The notes below the pieces were generated by a model. The model was not told the DNA's origin, searched no databases, and saw only the letters and a list, made by a program, of their open reading frames with translations. A stretch of 56,524 nucleotides of DNA, the filler included, from Sphacelaria rigidula (lineage: Eukaryota), in the NCBI GenBank assembly GCA_964200075.2. It is 7 parts of 7 records of this genome, joined end to end, with 100 filler letters (N's around TTAATTAATTAA, not from the genome) between each part and the next. Parts side by side here need not be neighbours in the genome. Positions count along the whole stretch, not along the records: positions 48,536 to 56,524 come from CAXNAA020012729.1; 6 more parts are not named here. One strand, given 5' to 3'. Positions 48,536 through 56,524 of this stretch are shown piece by piece. Position numbers and translations under genes: made by a program. Numbering within the stretch: the first letter of the stretch is position 1; each line of letters opens with the position of its first letter.

Positions 48536-48658
48536 GGTGCAACAACCACAAAAAAAACACAAAAACACACGCCCCCCCCCCCCCCCCCCCCCCCTCCACT
48601 GTAGATTTACGCTGCTCATAACAAGCGAAGAGTCGTTTGAGAGTGATCAAAGCTTTAC

Positions 48659-51600
48659 CTTGGACGTCGGCAATACCGCACGGAGTTTGCGGTCGTTGTT
48701 GTCGTTGTTGTTGCCGCTGCTGTTGTTTTTGAGGGAAGCTTCCGCCCGTGCAGTTACGCCAGAGGCGTCTTGTCCGTCGGGGGACGCGGACTCAGTATCC
48801 CCAGGGCCGAAAAGGGACGGACGTATTCGCTCTGCAAATAATAAGAAGGCGTCCCCCTACCGTAGCAAGCAGGGGGAAGAAGGGGGGCGACGCGAAACGT
48901 TCCGGCGCGCGGGGGCAAAGGGGAAGATGTTGGCTAGTTGTGTGAGTTCTTTGAGTTATAAGGTGACCATCGAGCTACTGCTGTCGCGAGAAAACGAGAA
49001 TCCGTGTGGACTCCCAAAGAGAGAGCTCCGTGCTGCGGAGTTTTGAACCGTAAGCTGTGTGTTGACTGCGACCACTGAGTTCCGGAAGGAGCAGTAAGAT
49101 ATCTGCCTGTACTTGTACCAACAAAATCTACTAGTGAACGGAAGGAGAAGAGCCGAGGTCGAACGGAGAGGGATGAGAGGGGGGAGGGGGGAAGCTGGGT
49201 CTATGTATCTCATGCCTTGCATGGCTGTTCAACCATTTGACGTGCGTCCACGAGAGGACGTTTGGCGGGGGCACGTGCCCATGCCTTTCATGACTGAGCT
49301 ACTCGAGTGGGTGGCCATAGCACACACGGGTGGCCGCTGGTAAACATCGTTTGCATTTCTGGAGCGTCCCTAGGTTATCGACAAGGTGAAGAGCAGGCGG
49401 TACAGCATAAAGCGGTTTGCGAAATGGGCGTCTCAAGAGCGGGGCCGACTTATGACGGTTATACACGGCGACAGAGCACAGCCCGATTCACGTTGTACGT
49501 ACGTCATTCAACCCATCCATAAGGTATCAGAACCTATAAGGACGCTCCGAGCTGCGGATAACGTATACCAGCGGCCACCCGTGTGGTAGATACTTCCACG
49601 CGGCGTTGTCGTGAAGTTGGCAGGAAACGCGCATACGACGTTTTTCTTCACATTTCAAGCCAAACGTTTCGCCACAAAAATCGTTTAACACGTTGCATCA
49701 TGCACACGAGCAAACATCAAACAGCCAACCTGCGCAATCGTGATATGCGTCTTGGGGTTGAATATATTGTATTCCGTCCACGTCTGTTTTGCATCCTTGA
49801 CTACAGGTCCCTCAAGAGCGGACGGAACCTTGTCTTTGGAGGAGGCGACCCTCATGGGCCAAATGACCTTCCTTCTACCATGCCTGAAATTTAGTCGTCA
49901 AGGTTTTGCCTTCACCAACATAACCGCCAATTATTGGTGGGAGGGGTTACCGCAGCGTTCAAGGGTTGAACATCCAGTTCGCAGGTGGCGAAGGATTCCT
50001 ATGGTTGAGACATGGGTATCAGATATTTGTGTGGTGGCACTCAACTGATATGGAGATGGAGTACGTAGTTTCACAGGAGATGTACCAACCACTAAGGAAG
50101 ATCCGAAGGGGTATATGTATTCGACAAGAACGCGAACAACGTGATATTCAGAAAATGGAACAAAGAAGCATGGGAGTCTAATGTTACACCCTGGACAATA
50201 GATTACACTATTGAAAAGAGTACTGCGTAATGTACGGAGTCTACTGTCTGTTGCAATAGAAGCAACAGTCGATACTGTACGCAAGAAATTGTTCGACAAT
50301 GTAGTGATCTATTGCACAGGGTGCAATGATTTTCGAACTGGGAAAATCCGACCGTGAACCGGGAAAATCCGACCGCAGCACTTTTGAGGCAGTAGTCGCC
50401 TTTCTTAGTGTGCATGAGCACAAAACGTGCAGCGCAGCGTTGACAGGTCAATCCGGTGTCCCCATTGGTATACCTTGCGAACGTTTTTATCCGTTCAACA
50501 AGGCAAATTTGATGGCAGCGCGAATGTGGAGAGTGACTGTTGCCACCATGCTTTAAAGTACGGCGAAAATAGGTTGGTAATGTAATGCGTGAGAGGACCG
50601 CGTGCTTAGAGGACCGCATCGTAGTTCGAAACACCTCAGGATCGACATTGTTTTTCAAAACCAATCGGCCCAGTCCCTGCAGGGACCACGTCCCTAACCC
50701 GAACCCCAACTCTAACTCTAACCCTAACCTCAACCATAGGGATGTTCAAAGTCCGGTGCGGTCCTCTAAGCACGCGATCCTCTCACGCATTACCGGTAAC
50801 ACGTAGGCGGCTAGAGTACGGCTGCGAAGTCACGCGGCACTGCCAAAGCGTGTTTGCCTACCGCTTCTTGGTGGCACAGCGCCCGAATTTGTTGACGACG
50901 GGCCCGTAGATACCATACGCTTATCAAGATTCCGATCCCGTTATCCTTTCAGCTGTCTCAGGCTACGTTGTGCGCTTGACAAGTAACGGGCACAGCCGCC
51001 GACGAAGACAACGGGTACGGTGGCAACGGAGATGATTCCCTGGGAAATGAGGTACCTCTTGAGTGTCCAGAGTGAAGTTCCTGGCCGCGAAGTCCCACAG
51101 AGTCTCTTCGTCTGGCGGCGAGGATCCGCCGACTGTACCTGAGTCGTTACAAAAAATAGGGAGCCGGAGGAGGTATGAAGGCACCAAAGGAGGCATCCTA
51201 TGGAGCTGTTTCCCAGGACGAGGTGGAGATCTAGCGTCCTCGCTGCTGCTTGTAAAAAGCGGGGCTTTTTTGCCCAAATGCGATGGTACTACTAGCGAGG
51301 AGAGCGTGGTATCAGTTATTACGGGGAAGAGTGATAGCTCTCCCGTCTAGGGGAGAAACGGTATGAAGTACTGTGCGATTCGGGGACGTGAAAGGAGTAT
51401 ACAACTCGCCCGTCCTTGGAACAATTCACGTGCACCCCGGCACCGCGTGTCCCCGCCGTTCAAACCCGCCCCTTTCAGGGCCCCTCACCTCTCCCCGCAT
51501 ACCGCCTCCTCCGAAGTTCGTGGTGCATACAGGAGTGACACGATCGTGATCATGAAGCCTAAAGCACGAAGTTGTGGGAAATTTCATCGATAACGTGAAT

Positions 51601-54600
51601 ATCACCGCTTCATGCGCCTGATTGCATTTTTTTCAATCGACTTTCACATGATATATTGGACGAAATACTCAGGCAAGGGACCAAGAATGACATCAACTGT
51701 ACAGTCAGTGTATCGGAAATGACTAATCAGCACACCTGAAGAACCTCGTCGCTGTCCTTGCCGATCATCCTTCCCATCCTCCGCTTTCTTGTCACGACCG
51801 TCACTCTCCGAACCGCCGATGCCGTCTGTCGTCCACAGCTCACATCGGTGAATGGTAGAGACGGGGGGGTACGTAATCTGCATTCATGAGTCGGTGTCCT
51901 CTACTTTTTGCGGAAAGTCTAGAAACTGAAGCCGAAAAAGTAAAGGTAATAACGACAACCAAATCGCCTTCCCTACTATGAACAAAAACGCGTCTAAAAT
52001 TTGAGGTCAACGACCGAACGCCGACCCAGCAAAACAAAATGGGGGGAAAGCGAGAACGACGATGAAAGAGTGTTTAACGACATGTTCGTGAGATTAGGAA
52101 CGATTTGGATTCGGGACGGGAAGTCTTTTGTGATTTACATCAAGAGGGTCGAATTGTCTGAAACGGCCGACACCCCCCATGAAAGCCCACGATCCGACGG
52201 GAGTTTTGGCGCAATCAGATTTGAATTTATTGACGCCTTGCATGAGATAAGACCAAGAACGCACGTTTGTTTTGTATCGCTTGTTGGACATTCAGTATCA
52301 TCCCTAAAAACTCTGCACTGACCACGTCCATTTTGTTCTTTGTTTTCCGCCAAATTTCCCGTCAGATCACCGACTTTTAGGGGGGTGACAGCCGTTTCGG
52401 AAGATCCGAACGTCTTGGTGTAAATCACGATAAACCTCCCGTTCCAAAGAAAAATTCCGTTCCTACCGTCACGAGCATATTGTTCTCTGTACATCTTGTC
52501 CATCTTTCCGTTCGTCGTTTATCGCTGCTATTCGAGAGCTCTCGTTGTCGGGGTTCAACGCAACAACACTTGACGTCTGCTGCAAGTCGGATTTCTGTTT
52601 TTAATGCTATTAATGGATATTGTCGCTTTGTTGACATCATAGTCCCGTGTATGATTGATTGATTGTCGCACTTTAACTGACCCCCCAGGGGTCCAGCCGT
52701 GGTCTTAAAATAGACGTACCCAAGAACAACGAAACTGAAACACGCTCTGAAGAAAAAAAGGAACAGAAAAGAGAAAAAAAAGGCCGAACAGAACGACATA
52801 GCAGACTACGTCGTGGCAAAAAAGTGTATACCTATTTGAAAGGGATTTCACGGGGTGACGGGACGGGTACTTATCCCTCTACATCCTCAGAAGCGATGGG
52901 AATGGGATGAGAAGTGCCAGAACTCGTCGGGATGGGACGTGAAGTGAATCCGCAGAAATTTGTCGGGACGGGGTGGGTACTTCTCTGCTGAAGGAAAAAC
53001 CCGACGGGACGGCCCGGGAAATTTGGGAACATGTCGAGACGAGATAGCTCGTTGTGTCTCCTGCTCACGGGACCAGCGAGCCTCGCGTCGGGAGATTCTA
53101 TTCCATCCCGTCATACGCTCTCCCGGGAAATACGAACCCTGACCCGCGAAATCCCGTGCCGTTCCGGTGAGTTCTTGCAGGAAAATAGGCATGAACACCC
53201 CGATACACATCCGTTAAGATCGGGGTTTTGGGGCGACGACGCTTTGACGCACTAATGAAGCAACAGTCAGCGGTTTCAAATTTAACAGGCAGTAACCGTG
53301 GTATTATCGAAGGAGAACAAGAACAACCAGTGAAACAACAAGATCCCAACCAAGCATTGAAGGAACCAACACCCCATGTGGGCACAGAGTCTAACCACAA
53401 CACGAGCAACAAACCGGAACTCGACGTGCAGGATGATCGTGACCGCTTATGCGACCACTGTGTGGTGAATGGTTGTGTATACCACCCGTGCATAGCACCC
53501 CGGACCCTGCGAATGACACGCTGGGGTGACACGCTTTTCAGCTGCTTTTGGGACCATCTACAGCACAGCATTTGATTAGTTTGATTGTCGCACATTCGAG
53601 TGGTTGCAGCAGCAAGTGATCATCTGTCAAGCCTGCTTTTTGCCCTGATATTGCGTCGGGACAAGACGGGTCGGGGTGGTCCGTCCAATGCCGACGAACG
53701 TTCCTTGAGATTTCCGTCCCGTGAAAGGCTCTCCTACTACAGGGCTCTTAGTCCTCGAGAAAAAGCAGGCATTCGAAATAAGGAATGCTTTGTGCGAGAC
53801 GTTGGATCGGTACATTGGAAACCGTCCGTGACCGACCGAGAGTTATCTACCGGCTATACAACAGTTGAACATGGCAGCTATTTCAGGGAGTATTTTAATT
53901 CCAAAGAGACGTTGGAGTCGCCAAACTGGGGTCCGGGACCGAGACCTCTCTGGTAGCTGTAAAGGAGAAAAAACATGTGAAAAAAGAGCCATTTTTCTTA
54001 AACACGCGAGAAAAGAGAAGAGCGAGACAAAGGGAGAGGACGGAGGGAAAGACTTGCATGTCGCCACACGTATGCGTGTAAGAGATACAAGAGATCAGGC
54101 GATGACCCCGATGAAACTATTTTATCGGGGATAATCATTTCTGACAAATACTCCCGTCATGAAGCTTGAGTGGCCGAGCCCTCTGGAAATCGAGATATTG
54201 CTCACGAGTACCACGATGGACCCGGAACGAGGAGCGATGAGTTCGACACGAACTGGTGAAGGGCGAGAGCAAAACGAAACGGCTCTGATGATCCGAACTT
54301 GAAGGAATGTGGCCACCCCCACTTTATCCGTACAAGGCGCGGAAATAGGTTCCACGGCGATGAGGACAGGAAGTAAGTGAATCCATTCCTCGAGGCACTC
54401 TTGACAAGAAGAGGAGGTAAGGATCGGGCCACCCACGGCAACCGCTAAATTGAAAATAACATGACGAATGGTTCAATGAGGGTAACAGATGAGAATAGAA
54501 AATGCCAAAAGTGCTCTGTGGTATCAAAATACCGCTGTAAAAAAACAGCGTATTTATATATATATATGTATATACACATTGTACAAAACGCTGTGTGCAC

Positions 54601-56414
54601 AGAGATCTGGTCCTCAACAAATATATGTCATTTCGTTTGACGGCGGTCGTTCAAAACAATACGCCCTTTTCCAAATCGTCTGCTTCAAGGGATGTAAAAA
54701 CATGACTACCTTCCCCCCCCCCCATTCCCCCTCCCTCATGGTCGTGCAACTCACCCTTGCCCCCTTTCTCTTCATCAACCTCCCCGCCCCCGAGTTTTTT
54801 TTTCGCCCAAGGAGCCGTCTGGGCCTCAAGGCATCGGAACCCGAGGACACGGCACATGTCCAGTCCCCTAGGTGTACGCGGTGGAGGTGGTGGGCGCGGG
54901 GGCAATGGCAGACAGCCGTGAAAGTGTTCTCCGAAGACTCCATATGTGGAGACATTTAGGGGAACGCCGCCGTCGTCATCGCCGTCGCCGTCCGCGCCTA
55001 ATCCGCCTTCCGATTCTCGGCAGTTGTCGCTCTTGTTGCCTTTGCTCTGGACGGTTTGGTGTGGACAAGATAAAAATGCCGTCAATGGGTGGTCACTCTT
55101 TCGATAATTACAGGGGGGTGTGGCGGGTCGGAGGGAGGGAGTAGCTGAAGGGGGGTGTACTCGTGATCTTCCGTAACGTAGTCACAGTATCATTGACCGC
55201 GTATCCCTACAAAACCGGGACGAAGCACGGCGGGTTTTCGCCGGACTAGGCTCGCAATCTCCAAGCGCGAAGCGCCGCGATGCGTTCGGCGAGTCGCATG
55301 AAGCGGGGGGGGTGCGGAGGGGAGCGTGGCGTCAACCCGAAGGTGATCTGACCCCGATGGGCACAAGGCAACGGTCCATAACAAAGATGAAAATTGAGAG
55401 CCATTCAGCCACTGAGACGTTTTTTCGTTGCACCAGGGTTGAAGACTAGACGTACCACAATTCAATATGATTTTCCGGTCCGAATACACAGTGAATGTGT
55501 CCCTGAACGTTTGGGATTTTACAACACCCGCGTCAAGAATTGTATCACGATTCAAGGTAACTATCCGGCTCAAGTTGGAAGAGTCCGTCTTGAATTTAGA
55601 ATTTTCCAACGTGTTCTTCTGTTTCTGTTCGACCTTTTTTTTTATGTTCCTTATTTTTCTCCAGTGAGTTTTTAGTCTTGTTTTTCTTGGGTACGTCCAT
55701 GATGAGACCATGGTTGGATCCCCTGGGGGATCAGTTAAATTGCGACAATCAATCAACCAATCAGTCATTGAATCAACCGCTTCCAAACAGACCTCCCCTC
55801 CCAGTTCCTCCCCCTCCGCGCCCCAGTCCAGATATGAGGATCGCTTCATCAGTACGGAGGGCAGGAAAGGGGAAATATGAGTCGGTAATATCAAAGCTAC
55901 TCGCCCGGAGATTACCTTCTGGAAGTCCCTCGCATGCAACGCGCGAAAAGGTCAACGTCGTTTCTGGCAACCTTGAATACTACTAGTGTATGAAGTGGTA
56001 CATGCCCCTTCCGCTCTAGCCGATCGGTCGACTAGTGCGAGGCAATCAATCAACCGATTGATCAGCCAGTCAGCCGGCCACTCAACGAATCAGTCCGGAG
56101 TCAGTGCCAACGTGACCCACCACCACGCCACCCCCACCCCCAGCTACTTTCAATCCGAGAACGGTCCCCACTCTTCCTCAACTTACCGCGGAGCCCTGAA
56201 TGACCGGGCCACGGGTGCGACGAGCCCCACGATTGACTCCCCGCGTACCACGCGGCCGGTGTCGTGACTTGGCGTGCATGCTGGTCGAGAAAGCTGCCTT
56301 GGAACTATCGGTTTCGCCTGGGTCGGGCGGTGGGAATAGCAGGTCTGGCCGCACTCTCTGCCATAGAATGCCGAGGAAGGATACGTAGTCCTTGGCCCGC
56401 ACAGTTTCCGTCCA
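48659..56414 (-). CDS. Probable multi-exon gene of unknown function, partial; candidate exons 56414-56187, 55046-?, 54444-54206, 53956-53851, 51877-51736, 51346-51056, 49883-49730, 48856-48659
   Basis: Series of minus-strand open segments bounded by pyrimidine-tract AG and GT; several adjacent pairs are phase-compatible, but I could not close a complete model. Confidence 0.45.
49323..49585. mobile_element. MITE
   Basis: Perfect 20-bp TIR CACACGGGTGGCCGCTGGTA. Confidence 0.8.
50187..50323. mobile_element. Small MITE (CACCCTG ends); relatives near 6650-6780, 40004-40104, 41259-41391
   Basis: TA|CACCCTGGACAATAGAT...ATCTATTGCACAGGGTG|CA with a quasi-palindromic interior. Confidence 0.7.
50582..50793. 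mobile_element. MITE with 40-bp TIRs and internal telomere-like (CCCTAA)n
   Basis: TIR GTAATGCGTGAGAGGA.CGCGTGCTTAGAGGACCGCA.CG (2 mismatches); degenerate CCCTAA run at ~50692-50735. Confidence 0.82.
52076..52484. mobile_element. Foldback/MITE with ~110-bp imperfect inverted arms
   Basis: 52076-52190 is reverse-complementary to 52370-52484. Confidence 0.7.
52650..52800 (-). mobile_element. Family C 3' region
   Basis: (ATTG)nTCGCACTTTAACTGACCCCCCAGGGGTCCAGCCGTGGTC. Confidence 0.78.
55150..55304 (-). mobile_element. 5'-truncated family B element
   Basis: Reverse complement of the B 3' half; G-rich flanks on both sides on the + strand. Confidence 0.8.
55610..55770 (+). mobile_element. Family C 3' region
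   Basis: GAGACCATGGTTGGATCCCCTGGGGGATCAGTTAAATTGCGA(CAAT)n. Confidence 0.78.
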
Positions 56415-56458
56415 CTGTAGTGCGTACGTTTTGGTTTTTGGAGAACAGCAGGAGGCGA

Positions 56459-56524
56459 GGGGAGGGGGGTGGGGGGGGTGTACTCATGATCATACATGTC
56501 AAAGTCATATGACCATTGACCTCG
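56459..56524 (-). mobile_element. Family B tail cut by window end
   Basis: (G)nTGTACTCATGATCATACATG..AGTCATATGACCATTGACCTCG. Confidence 0.82.

Overview
This is eukaryotic, intron-rich, repeat-rich DNA, most likely a brown alga (Phaeophyceae). That assignment is an inference from gene structure and transposon content. The window is not one locus: seven unrelated contigs of 7,989-7,990 bp are joined by six identical 100-bp artificial linkers (N44-TTAATTAATTAA-N44). Recognisable host genes are spliced fragments of an OTU-family deubiquitinase (contig 5) and the N-terminus of a BIG/Sec7-type ARF-GEF (contig 6). There is also a complete-looking 4-exon gene for a small secreted protein (contig 4), plus exons of unidentified genes in contigs 1, 2 and 7. 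Contig 3 is mostly a decayed chromodomain-bearing Ty3/gypsy LTR retrotransposon with two nested insertions. The rest is LINE 3' ends, SINEs, MITEs, foldback elements and microsatellites. The most interesting signal is a LINE and a non-autonomous partner. They share a two-hairpin 3' end, finish in poly(C) rather than poly(A), and insert into C-rich tracts with target-site duplications (TSDs) starting with CCC. All 14 copies lie on the same strand as the contig's inferred host gene, often just upstream of a 3' splice site.
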